From: Verrucomicrobiota bacterium
GTDB taxonomy: Bacteria; Verrucomicrobiota; Verrucomicrobiia; Limisphaerales; JADJPG01
Direction of reading: 5' to 3'
Length of the DNA stretch: 64,000 nucleotides
NCBI GenBank assembly: GCA_046048995.1
Contig: JBJOEZ010000006.1
Span: 12,606 to 76,605, forward strand
Part shown: positions 1 to 8,571 of the stretch, piece by piece
Layout of the letters: each line of letters begins with the position of its first letter
How positions within the stretch are numbered: position 1 is the first letter of the stretch
Notes under the pieces: model-generated
Databases searched by the model: none
What the model was told of the DNA's origin: nothing
The model's input: only the letters and a program-made list of their open reading frames with translations
Program-made: the position numbers and the translations under genes

Positions 1-1278
1 GTAGAGTTCGTAGACCGGCCGGGGCGTGGTGAAGTAGGTCGCCGCCAGGCCGGGGGCGAGCCGGCCGGCGGCCTGGGCCGCCTTCATCTCCGTCCAGGCG
101 GCCCCGCCGGACGAGTCCACGGGCGCGTAGGGAATCCAGGGCGTGCAGTTGTAGATGAACTTGTGGCGGTCGCTCCGCACGGCGCGGCTGAGATCGTAGC
201 CGTTGTTGCTCATGTTGACCGCGACCGGGGCGCTGCCGTGCGGGCCGCGTTCGACGAAGACGTGCTGGCGCGGGGCATGGGGCTGGCCCTGCAGCAGGGG
301 CAGGAAGCTCACCCCGCTCATCCTCGCCGGTGCGGGCAGGCCGGCGGCCGCGAGCAGCGTGGGGGCCAGGTCCTCGCCGCTGAGCAGCGCGCGCGATTCG
401 CCCCCGGGTTTCACCACGCCGGGCCAGCGCACGAGGAACGGCACGTTGGAGCCCGGATCGTAGAGCGAGCCCTTCCCATGCGGCAGCGCCGCGCCATTGT
501 CACCGGCGAAGACGACCAGCGTGTTGGACTGGAAACCGCGCGCGGCCAGCAGCCCGAGAATCGTCTGCACCGAACGATCGAGGCGATTCACCTCGGCGCA
601 ATAGTCGGCCAGTTGCTGGCGCACCCCGGGGAGATCCGGCCAGTGCGCGGGCAGCTTCAGGCTGGCCGGCGCGGGCCGCCATTCAGCGGGGGCGTTCCAG
701 GCGTGATGGGGGTCGCTGAAATTGACCCAGAGGCAGAACGGCTTTCCCGCCGGCTTGCGATCAAGAAACTCGGCCATCTGGGTGGCCGCGGCCGCGTCGG
801 AGCCGGTCTGCACGTAGTCGAATCGCTGCTCGAAGGTCCGGAGACCGTGCTTCTCCAGGAGATCACCGGCCTCCGCGCCCCGGCGTGGACCAGGGCCGTC
901 GAGATGGTAGGGACGTCCACAGACGCCGACAAAATATCCCGCCTTCTCGCGCAGCAGCTCGGGAAACGTGATTTCCTCCCGCGCCAGCGGGGACGAGAAG
1001 CGGGTGATGCGCGCCGCCACCGGCGAGCGTCCGGTCAGGTAGGACGCGCGCGACGGGACGCACTGCGGCGCGGTGGTGAAGAACCGGTGAAACTTCATGC
1101 CCCCGGCGGCAAGCCCGTCCAGGGCCGGCGTCTTCACGTTCGGATCGCCGTAGCAGCTCAGGAAAGGATAGCTGTGGTCGTCCGAGAGCAGGAACAGGAT
1201 GTTGGGCGGGCTGGGGGCCGCACCGGCCGCGAGTGGAAGCAGGCCAAGCAGGGCCAGAACAAGGCTCGGGGTCTTCAA
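1..1278 (-). CDS. Sulfatase (arylsulfatase A family), secreted; C-terminus lies beyond the window edge
   Basis: The reverse frame is open from position 1. A TTG start at 1278 has an in-frame TAG 15 nt upstream. The N-terminus MKTPSLVLALLGLLPLAAGAAP looks like a signal peptide. It is followed by NILFLLSDDHS and CVPSRAS, the C-x-P-x-R formylglycine motif. It is absent from the ORF track because its stop is outside the window. Confidence 0.85.
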   Translation of the reverse strand, partial: MKTPSLVLALLGLLPLAAGAAPSPPNILFLLSDDHSYPFLSCYGDPNVKTPALDGLAAGGMKFHRFFTTAPQCVPSRASYLTGRSPVAARITRFSSPLAREEITFPELLREKAGYFVGVCGRPYHLDGPGPRRGAEAGDLLEKHGLRTFEQRFDYVQTGSDAAAATQMAEFLDRKPAGKPFCLWVNFSDPHHAWNAPAEWRPAPASLKLPAHWPDLPGVRQQLADYCAEVNRLDRSVQTILGLLAARGFQSNTLVVFAGDNGAALPHGKGSLYDPGSNVPFLVRWPGVVKPGGESRALLSGEDLAPTLLAAAGLPAPARMSGVSFLPLLQGQPHAPRQHVFVERGPHGSAPVAVNMSNNGYDLSRAVRSDRHKFIYNCTPWIPYAPVDSSGGAAWTEMKAAQAAGRLAPGLAATYFTTPRPVYELY

Positions 1279-1317
1279 GCGGCAGGGAGGCTAGCAGTTC
1301 CTGGCTGAAGGCCGCCA

Positions 1318-1568
1318 GTAGCAACGGACGTCAGTCCGTTGACTCCACCCCGCACCCAACCCGCTCACGCGGGTTGCTACCCCGTAGCAACGGACGTCAG
1401 TCCGTTGAAACCCCCCGCCCAACCCGCTCACGCGGGTTGCTACCCCGTAGCAACGGACGTCAGTCCGTTGAAGCCCCCCGCCCAACCCGCTCACGCGGGT
1501 TGCTACGCCGTAGCAACGGACGTCAGTCCGTTGAAGCCCCCCGCACCCAACCCGCTCACGCGGGTTGG
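1318..1568. repeat. Tandem array (about 4 copies, period 63-66 bp) of a structured palindromic repeat
   Basis: Units start at 1318, 1384, 1447 and 1510. Each unit has three overlapping hairpins: caacggac-gtca-gtccgttg, caacccgc-tcac-gcgggttg and gttgctac-NNN-gtagcaac. The stretches between the hairpins are near-identical in every unit, so this is not a CRISPR array. It lies in the divergent intergenic region between the sulfatase and the PA14 gene. Confidence 0.9.
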
Positions 1569-1638
1569 GACACGGCCGCTACTGGCCTCGCCGCCGTTTC
1601 CGATGTATGAGGGGAGTGTTCTCCGCGGCACTCCCCTC

Positions 1639-4600
1639 ATGAAGCTGTCGTCCTGCCTGTTCCTGGCCGCTGCACTCGCGATCGGCCTGCCCGTCTCGCT
1701 GCCCGCCGCCCAGGGTGGCGGCTATCTCCTGGCCGGGCTGGTCGGCGAATACTTCGCCAACACCAACCTCGCCGGGACGCCCGGGTTCACGCGGCGCGAT
1801 GTCCGCCTCGACTTCCGCCAGAACAGCCTGCCCCCCGGCGGCGCGGGCCAGGTCGGCGACCTCCCGTTTCGGTCCGTGCCCGCGACCGGGTTTTCAGTGC
1901 GCTGGACCGGCCGGTGCGTGCCGCGTTTCACGGAGTCCTACACCTTCCAGGCGCTGGCTTCCGGGCCGGTCCGGCTCCGCCTGCGCCCCGCGGGCCAGGC
2001 CGCGTGGAACACGGTGCTTGACGATCCCGCCCCCGGCCCGGGTGGCGCGACCGGGTCGGCGAACCTGAGCCAGGGCGTCCCCTGCGACCTTGAGGTCACC
2101 TTCAGGCACGGCGACGGTCCCTGGTCGCTCCGCCTGCTCTGGTCCGGCCCCAGCACCCCCCTCGAGGTGATCGACCCCGTCGTGCAGTCCGGCATCAACA
2201 ACCCGCCCTGGACCTCGGGGTTCACGGACATCATCAAGGGCGCGCGCAATTCCTGGGAACCGGTCAATGGCGGGACCCGCCCTGCCCTCGACACCAACGG
2301 GTGGCCGCACGGCGACGCGGGCTATTACTTCCAGGAAAGCCTCAACCACGGCATGGACCTCGATCCCCAGATGCGCGGGCGGGTCCGCTTCTCGTTCCGC
2401 GGCAGCGCGGCCGTCCAGGTCCGCGGCAACGTGCAGCCCGGGTCGTTGACCTTCCAGTATCACGCGGCCAGCAACCTCACCACCGGGTCCTTCCTCGCCG
2501 CCAGCAACGGGTGGAACGCCTCCTTCCTCAGCTTCACCAACTCCCGCCGCAACGGCCTGCCCGACGGTCCCCCGGGGTTCACCGACCTGCGCCTCATGCG
2601 CCCGGTCGCGCCGGACGCCCTGGCCAGCTTCGACCCGGACACCACCCTCTTTACGCCCGAGTTGCTCCGGGCCATGGAACATTTCACCGTCATCCGCCAC
2701 CAACTGGTCGCCAACCAGCAGCGGGACTGGGAGGAACGCACCCGGCCCGGCTGGTTCAACCAGAGCGGCGGCGCCATCAGCCCGCCGCACTACGGCATCG
2801 GCGACCCCTCCGACAACGGCCTTTCCTGGGAACACAAGGTTCTCCTCGCCAACGAGACCGGCCGCGACCTCATGCTCAGCGTCCCCACCCTGGCCTCCGG
2901 GCGCGAGCCCGCCGACACCACCAGCTACCTCGTCCGTCTCGCCCGCCTGATCGCCCACGGCTCCGACGGGGTGGAACCCTACCCCTCCCCCGTTGCCAAC
3001 CCCGTCTACCCGCCGCTCAACCCCAACCTCCGCGTCTACCTCGAGCTGGAAAACGAGCTCTGGAACTTCTTCAGCGTGTTCTACGTCGACTTCGCCAACA
3101 TCAACGCGATCACTGCGGCGGACGCCGACGCCAACAATGCCGACTTCCAGGTGATCAACTTCGACGGGCTCAGCACCGCCCGCGAGGCCGGGGGCGGCTA
3201 CGTGAGCATGAACACCTGGCGCTACCGGAAAATCATGCTCCGCCTCATCCAGATGAGCGACATTTTCCGGTCCGTCTTCGGGGACGACGCCATGATGACG
3301 CGCGTGCGGCCGCTCTACGAGTGGCAGTATGCCAATGACAACGACACCGCCCGCCTGGCCCTCACCTTCGCCGACCGCTACTTCAACAACGGCGACGGCC
3401 GGCCCCACGTGCCCAACCCCCGTCCCGTCCGTCACTGGCTCTGGGGCGGCGGCGGCGCCACCTACTACGGCGCCGCCAATGGGAACGGCCTGACCGATCT
3501 CGTCCCCAACCCGTCCTTTGCCAGCCCGGGCCTCGCCCCCGGCTACCATCGCTCCCCTGCCGGCGCCGGGTGGGCCTTCACCGGCAACGCCGGCATCGCC
3601 GTCGATGGAGGCCCGGGCGACGACATCCCACCCGCCTTCCGCGGCACCCAGATGGGTTACCTGACCGACCAGTCCTCCATCACCATTTCCGTCACCTTCC
3701 CCGCCACCGTCACCTCCCCCGTGTTCGGGGTGTCCTTCAAGGCGGTCAACCGCATCCCGGCGGGCGGCTCCGCCGCCAACCGGCAGAACGTCCGCGTCTA
3801 CCTCGACGGCACCAACGACATTACCGCCCGGACCTTCAGCCAGGGCAACGGCTACACCGCCCCCGGCTACAACCCCGAATACCCCTGGACCGCCAACAAT
3901 GTCTTTTGGGCCTACTCGGACTACTACTTCACGCGCTCCTTCACCGTGGAACCCGGCTCCACCCACACCCTCACCGTGCGCGGCCTGGGCGACCCCGCCA
4001 ACCCTGGCGCCACCAACCAGACGGTCTTCCTCGGCGACGTGCGGGTGACCAGCGTGGATCGGATCTTCGAGGACGGCATCCCGGGCGGGGGTGAGGCGGC
4101 GGGCCAACCGGTCGGGCAGAACATCCAGCAGACCATGAACGTGGAGGCCAGCTGGGCCAAGGCCTTCGGGCTTGAGCAGGTCTCCTACGAGGGCGGCTGG
4201 TCGCTGGGCGGCGATGACGGAGGATCCTGGGTGCAGCTCAAGGCCAAGTATGGCGACCCGCGCACCGCCGAGGCCCAGGGGCGGTTCATGGACATGTTTC
4301 ACCTCGCCGGGTCGGCGATCAATGTCTTCGGCACCTACGCCCAGTGGCCCACCTGGGCCGATTACTACGCCGAGCAGGGCCTGCTCGACATCAGCCGCTA
4401 CCCCATCATCCAGGGTATCGACGACCGCGCCAGCCGCCTCCCGCCCGAGGCCGCCCAGGGCGTCATCGTCCCCGCCACGCTCCTCCCCGCCATGGCCGCC
4501 CTCGACGACGGCGCCAACGCGTCCCTCGGCCGCATCACGACCGCCGGCGGGTGGATTCACTGGAATGTCCTGTCCCCCCGCCGCGGTGATTACCAAGTCA

Positions 4601-5835
4601 CCGTCTCCCCCCCGCTCACCCACGGCACGCTCCTCGTCAATGACCTTCCCGTCATCCTGCCGGGCCAGTCGACGGGCTCGGTCGCCCTCACCAAGGGCCT
4701 GCACAGCGTCAAGGTTCGCTCCGTCTCCACCAACCTTTGCCTCGTCAGCCGCATCACCCTGGCCGGCTTGGGCGCCCCGCCCGCCCCCAGCCTCACCGCG
4801 TGGCTCGATGGCGACGGCTCGGTCACCCTCGGCTGGACCCCCGTCGCCGGCGCCACCCGCTACGAGATCCGCCACGGAACCGTCTCCGGGTTCCACACCG
4901 CCCTCGTCGATGCCGGCACAGCCACCTCGTTCACCCTCACGGGCCTCACCAACGGCCTGCCGATCTTCGTCGTCGTCGTGGCCGAGAACACCGCCGGCCT
5001 CAGCCAGCCTTCCAACGAACGCGGCCTCATTCCCACCGCCGCCGGCCAGGGGGCCGGGCTCGCCCTCTGGGAATTCGCCGGAGCCGCCGGCCACGAATCC
5101 AACGCCCTGCCCCACGCCGCCACGGCCCGCCTCAGTGTCTCCCCCCTCACCCGCGGCCCCGGCCTGCTGCCCAGCACCAGCGAATGGGCGGTGAACCTCC
5201 GCGCCAACCGCTTCGCCAGCGAACCCCCCGCCAGCCTCGGCCACCTCTACGCTTCCAACCTCACCCACAGCATCACCCTGCAGCAGTTCTACCAGTTCAC
5301 CGTCGCCCCGGTTCCCGGCCACTTCCTCTCGCTCTCCCAGCTCACCTTCCGCGCCTTCTTCCAAAACGCCCGCGGCGGCGCCGGCCTGACCTTCAGTACC
5401 AACGGCTCCACCTTCATCACCGCTCCCGCCCCGGCCGGATCCCCTGCGTCCAGCCAGACGCCCTGGACCGCGACGCTGGCCTCAGTGCCCGCCCTGCAAG
5501 GCCTCGCCTCGCCCGTCATCTTCCGCCTGCACCTCCACGGGCTCGGTCCCTACGAAGTCTCCGGACTGGGCGACCCCGCGGGCTCCGACCTGATCCTGAT
5601 CGGATCCCTGCAGCCGGTCGCCCTCCCGTTGTCCGCCTCCCGCGTGGCCGGGCCGGGATTCATCCAGCTGGCCTGGGCCACCAACTCCTGGATCTATCAC
5701 CTCGAGACGAAACCCAACCTCGATCCTGCCCTGCCCTGGATTCGCCTGACCAACGCGCCGTCCCTGCAGGACGGCCAGTGGCGCCTCACCCTGCCCGCCC
5801 TCGATCCCCAGCGATTTTACCGCCTCGTGCCCTGA
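1639..5835 (+). CDS. Giant secreted PA14-domain and fibronectin-III-domain protein (1398 aa), possibly glycoside-hydrolase-like in the centre
   Basis: The signal peptide is MKLSSCLFLAAALAIGLPVSLPAAQG. A PA14-like N-terminus reads GLVGEYFANTNLAG...FSVRWTG...YTFQ. An FN3 unit reads SLTAWLDGDGSVTLGWTPVAGATRYEIRHG. The central segment YLELENELWN resembles the clan GH-A N-E acid/base motif, which is weak evidence. The track ORF starts at 1339 inside the repeat array; I prefer ATG 1639, with 1603 as an alternative. Confidence 0.8.
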   Translation: MKLSSCLFLAAALAIGLPVSLPAAQGGGYLLAGLVGEYFANTNLAGTPGFTRRDVRLDFRQNSLPPGGAGQVGDLPFRSVPATGFSVRWTGRCVPRFTESYTFQALASGPVRLRLRPAGQAAWNTVLDDPAPGPGGATGSANLSQGVPCDLEVTFRHGDGPWSLRLLWSGPSTPLEVIDPVVQSGINNPPWTSGFTDIIKGARNSWEPVNGGTRPALDTNGWPHGDAGYYFQESLNHGMDLDPQMRGRVRFSFRGSAAVQVRGNVQPGSLTFQYHAASNLTTGSFLAASNGWNASFLSFTNSRRNGLPDGPPGFTDLRLMRPVAPDALASFDPDTTLFTPELLRAMEHFTVIRHQLVANQQRDWEERTRPGWFNQSGGAISPPHYGIGDPSDNGLSWEHKVLLANETGRDLMLSVPTLASGREPADTTSYLVRLARLIAHGSDGVEPYPSPVANPVYPPLNPNLRVYLELENELWNFFSVFYVDFANINAITAADADANNADFQVINFDGLSTAREAGGGYVSMNTWRYRKIMLRLIQMSDIFRSVFGDDAMMTRVRPLYEWQYANDNDTARLALTFADRYFNNGDGRPHVPNPRPVRHWLWGGGGATYYGAANGNGLTDLVPNPSFASPGLAPGYHRSPAGAGWAFTGNAGIAVDGGPGDDIPPAFRGTQMGYLTDQSSITISVTFPATVTSPVFGVSFKAVNRIPAGGSAANRQNVRVYLDGTNDITARTFSQGNGYTAPGYNPEYPWTANNVFWAYSDYYFTRSFTVEPGSTHTLTVRGLGDPANPGATNQTVFLGDVRVTSVDRIFEDGIPGGGEAAGQPVGQNIQQTMNVEASWAKAFGLEQVSYEGGWSLGGDDGGSWVQLKAKYGDPRTAEAQGRFMDMFHLAGSAINVFGTYAQWPTWADYYAEQGLLDISRYPIIQGIDDRASRLPPEAAQGVIVPATLLPAMAALDDGANASLGRITTAGGWIHWNVLSPRRGDYQVTVSPPLTHGTLLVNDLPVILPGQSTGSVALTKGLHSVKVRSVSTNLCLVSRITLAGLGAPPAPSLTAWLDGDGSVTLGWTPVAGATRYEIRHGTVSGFHTALVDAGTATSFTLTGLTNGLPIFVVVVAENTAGLSQPSNERGLIPTAAGQGAGLALWEFAGAAGHESNALPHAATARLSVSPLTRGPGLLPSTSEWAVNLRANRFASEPPASLGHLYASNLTHSITLQQFYQFTVAPVPGHFLSLSQLTFRAFFQNARGGAGLTFSTNGSTFITAPAPAGSPASSQTPWTATLASVPALQGLASPVIFRLHLHGLGPYEVSGLGDPAGSDLILIGSLQPVALPLSASRVAGPGFIQLAWATNSWIYHLETKPNLDPALPWIRLTNAPSLQDGQWRLTLPALDPQRFYRLVP

Positions 5836-5848
5836 CCCAGGCTGCGCC

Positions 5849-7651
5849 CTAGCGGCCACCCGCATCGCGTGGACCGGCTGCGGGCATCGGTCGCGCCAGG
5901 GCCGCGTCCACGGCCGTGATCGCCTCGCGCAGGATCTCCGGCCGGACCGCCCCGGTGAAGCGCCCCTCGATGCGACCGTCCCGGGCCAGCACCAGCACAT
6001 TGGCCACGCCCGGCCGCAGCCCCAGCTGCGCGGAGGCCTCCCCGGACCAATCCATCATCACCGGGTACTTGCGTTGTTCCTGGAATTTTTTCCGCACCCG
6101 CCCGCGCAGCAGGCCGGGCACTCCCCGCACATCGGCCAGGCCGCGAATCTCGACGCGTCCGCCATGCCGCTCCTTGAGGGCTGTCACCCAGCCATCGATT
6201 TCATCCGACCCCTTCCGGTCGGCCAGGAAGAGGACCACGACATTGGTGTGCGGAAACCCCAGCTGCTGCGGTTGCTCGTATTGGTCGGCCAACGCCAGGC
6301 GATCCGGGGCCCGCGTCACCGGGGTGGCCGGGGCGGATTTGGGCTCCGCCGCATCGGCGCCAAGCAAGCCTGCCCGCAACAACCAGGCGCAGGCCAGCAG
6401 AAGCACAATTGCCACGAGCCAGGCGCCCACCGACCAGCGCGTCCGCGGGACACCCGCGGGACCGGCTTGGAGGCCGGAAGCGGGGGCATCACCGGTTCCA
6501 GCCGCATAGCGGCGACCCTTCCATTCCATGGGTCGGCCAAGGCAGTGCCGAGCCAGGGCCTGCCACTGGATGACGAGCAGGGCCAGCACACCCATGGGAT
6601 GCAGCAGGGCGCTGCCGAGGGGTTGGCGGAACAGGACCACGCCGAGCAGACGCGGCAGCCACGACAGCGCCGCCGCTGCCCCGGCCAAGCCCAGCGCCTT
6701 GGCTGACAGCCATGGCGCGGCAGCCAGCAGGACCCAGGGCAGGACTTGTCCGCCCAGCAGCAGGAGGGTCATGGGCAGGATGGTTCCCGGGGCGGCCAGA
6801 CCCTCCGTCGCATTCTTGCCCAGGCCGCGCCATGTTTCGGCACTGCTTCTATACATCCGGCAGGTGGCCAAGTCGGTGGCGTCGAACAGGTCGGTGCCCA
6901 ACCCGGCCCGCCGGAATGCCCGCGGCAGCTTGACGCCGTCGTGGAGCGAGTCGCGCAGCATGGCATGGCCGCCGCAGCGCTCGTAGGCATCCCGCCACGA
7001 CACGAACAGCTGGCCGCAGCCCGCCGAGGCCGCCCCCCAGCAGGTCAGGCGCATGAGGAACATGGGCAGGTAGCCGAGCAGGACGAAATGGATGAGCGGG
7101 ATGAGCAGGCGCTCCCCCCACGTGCCGAGGTCCTGGGCGGGCACGCCGCTGGCCAGGGCCACGGGGCGCCCCGGACGCCGCCGGCCTCGCTCCATGAAAT
7201 CCGCCATCCGGCCCAGCGCATCCGGGGCCAGTCGCACATCGGCGTCGAGGAACACCAGCAGGGGATGCCGCGCCAGGCGGGCCAGCACATGACAGGCATG
7301 CTGTTTCCCGCACCAGCCAGGGGGCAGGGCCGGGGCCGATTCGAGCCGGAGCCGCGGATCGCCGGCGGCGAGGTCCCGCACGATGCGGGCGGTGGCGTCC
7401 GTGGAATGGTCGTCGAGGACGACCACCTCAAAGTCGGCCTCCCGGCTGGCCAACACGGCCGTCAGCGTGGCCCGGATGTTGGCCTCCTCATTGCGGGCCG
7501 GGATGAGGACGGAGAGCCGCGGACGCGCCGGGCAGGAGGTCGCCGGGAGGGCGCGCGGGAGCCGCCGATAGAGGGCGAGGTTGAGGAGGAAGAGGGTGGC
7601 CGGGATGGCGGCCAGTCCCAGCGCGACCAGCGTGAGGACGTCCGGAATCAT
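5849..7651 (-). CDS. Family-2 glycosyltransferase (carotenoid glycosyltransferase CrtQ-like) with multi-pass membrane region and C-terminal thioredoxin-fold-like domain
   Basis: GT2 signatures are LSVLIPARNEE, VVVLDDHSTD and FLDADV (DxD). Several hydrophobic segments follow. The C-terminal ~150 aa resemble a TlpA/redoxin fold (NVVVLFLADRKGSDE...NVLVLARDGRIEGRF) but contain no CxxC. The start at 7651 forms an ATGA overlap with the upstream stop (7648-7651); the track's alternative start is 7690. Confidence 0.75.
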   Translation of the reverse strand: MIPDVLTLVALGLAAIPATLFLLNLALYRRLPRALPATSCPARPRLSVLIPARNEEANIRATLTAVLASREADFEVVVLDDHSTDATARIVRDLAAGDPRLRLESAPALPPGWCGKQHACHVLARLARHPLLVFLDADVRLAPDALGRMADFMERGRRRPGRPVALASGVPAQDLGTWGERLLIPLIHFVLLGYLPMFLMRLTCWGAASAGCGQLFVSWRDAYERCGGHAMLRDSLHDGVKLPRAFRRAGLGTDLFDATDLATCRMYRSSAETWRGLGKNATEGLAAPGTILPMTLLLLGGQVLPWVLLAAAPWLSAKALGLAGAAAALSWLPRLLGVVLFRQPLGSALLHPMGVLALLVIQWQALARHCLGRPMEWKGRRYAAGTGDAPASGLQAGPAGVPRTRWSVGAWLVAIVLLLACAWLLRAGLLGADAAEPKSAPATPVTRAPDRLALADQYEQPQQLGFPHTNVVVLFLADRKGSDEIDGWVTALKERHGGRVEIRGLADVRGVPGLLRGRVRKKFQEQRKYPVMMDWSGEASAQLGLRPGVANVLVLARDGRIEGRFTGAVRPEILREAITAVDAALARPMPAAGPRDAGGR

Positions 7652-8562
7652 TCCGGCGTATGGTCCGGGGTGAAGGACTCGCCGCGGCAACGGGCCCGGA
7701 ACGAACGCCAGAGATCATAGATGCCGCCCTGTCCTGCGCCCCCGCGCAGCAGCACCCGGAAGGCGGCGGGATCGCGCTGGCGCGCCTCGGCGGCGAGGAC
7801 GTCCTGGGTGGCCGCCAGCCGCTGCTCGAGCAACGCGCTGCGCTCGGCGACCGCGAGGGGGGCCACGCTGGCCCGGCCCAGCACGAGGGGCTCGCCAAAG
7901 CGCACGAGGACCTCCGGCAGGCGGTCATCCCAGAAGATAAACTCGGTGGCCATGGGCAGGAACATGGCCTGATGAACCCGGCCGGCCAGGTGGGCCAGCC
8001 CGGGCTGGAACCGCAGCGGCCGCTCGCGAACGTCGGCAAAGCGGCCCTGCGGGGTGACGGCCAGGATGCGGCCGGGTTCCCGCAGGATGGCCTCACTCGT
8101 GCGGAGAAAATCCACCGCCCCGCGCCGCGTGCCCTGTTCGACCCCGAAGAACCCCATCCGGCCAAACATCCGATAGCGCCGCAGCATGGCCGCATCGATG
8201 GGCGCATACAACTGGTGGTGGGGATAGAAAGCCGACTTCAGGAACAGTCCCACCAGGGGATCCCACCAGGACGCATGGTTGGCGTAGAGGACGAGGGGCA
8301 GCGTGGGGGCCGCGGGAGGCGGAGCGGATCGGGACACGCGGACGGCGTGGAAATGTTTCCGGATATAGCGCCGGCAGTAGCCGGTGAACCAGTGCAGCAG
8401 CAGCGGCGAAATGGCCGGCAGGGGGGGAACAGCCTCGAGGCCCGCCCCGGCGTCGACCGGGGCGCGGTCGGTCCGGGGCGGGTCGAGGGAGAGCGGGGCT
8501 GTCAATGGCCCAAGTCCCCCGGTCGGGGGGTGCAAGGAAGGCAATGGCGCCCCAAGTGACAT
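7648..8562 (-). CDS. PlsC-family (lysophospholipid-type) acyltransferase, CrtO-like by context
   Basis: The HX4D acyltransferase motif is NHASWWD. FFGVEQG and LAVTPQGR blocks are also present. It sits 9 nt downstream of the CrtI-family gene and overlaps the GT2 gene by ATGA. Confidence 0.7.
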   Translation of the reverse strand: MSLGAPLPSLHPPTGGLGPLTAPLSLDPPRTDRAPVDAGAGLEAVPPLPAISPLLLHWFTGYCRRYIRKHFHAVRVSRSAPPPAAPTLPLVLYANHASWWDPLVGLFLKSAFYPHHQLYAPIDAAMLRRYRMFGRMGFFGVEQGTRRGAVDFLRTSEAILREPGRILAVTPQGRFADVRERPLRFQPGLAHLAGRVHQAMFLPMATEFIFWDDRLPEVLVRFGEPLVLGRASVAPLAVAERSALLEQRLAATQDVLAAEARQRDPAAFRVLLRGGAGQGGIYDLWRSFRARCRGESFTPDHTPE

Positions 8563-8571
8563 GGCGACAAC

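Noticed and set aside
1318-1568. Regularly spaced repeats that could be taken for a small CRISPR array
   Set aside because: The sequence between the hairpin cores is essentially identical in every unit, so there are no unique spacers. The period (~63 bp) is a whole repeated unit, and no cas genes are nearby. I treat it as a tandem structured repeat.
1339-1638. N-terminal 100 codons of the track ORF 1339-5835, translating the repeat array as a repetitive peptide (AQPAHAGCYPVATDVSPLKPP x3)
   Set aside because: The peptide repeats simply mirror the DNA repeat, which also reads open in other frames. A proper signal peptide begins at ATG 1639.
1894-5364. A 1156-aa minus-strand ORF opposite the PA14 gene. 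Similar cases are 163-1308(+), 16551-18353(+), 41045-43456(-), 49777-52398(-), 54442-56160(-) and 56558-58327(-)
   Set aside because: All are mirror-frame artefacts opposite genes with recognisable domains. None has a signal peptide or a family motif.
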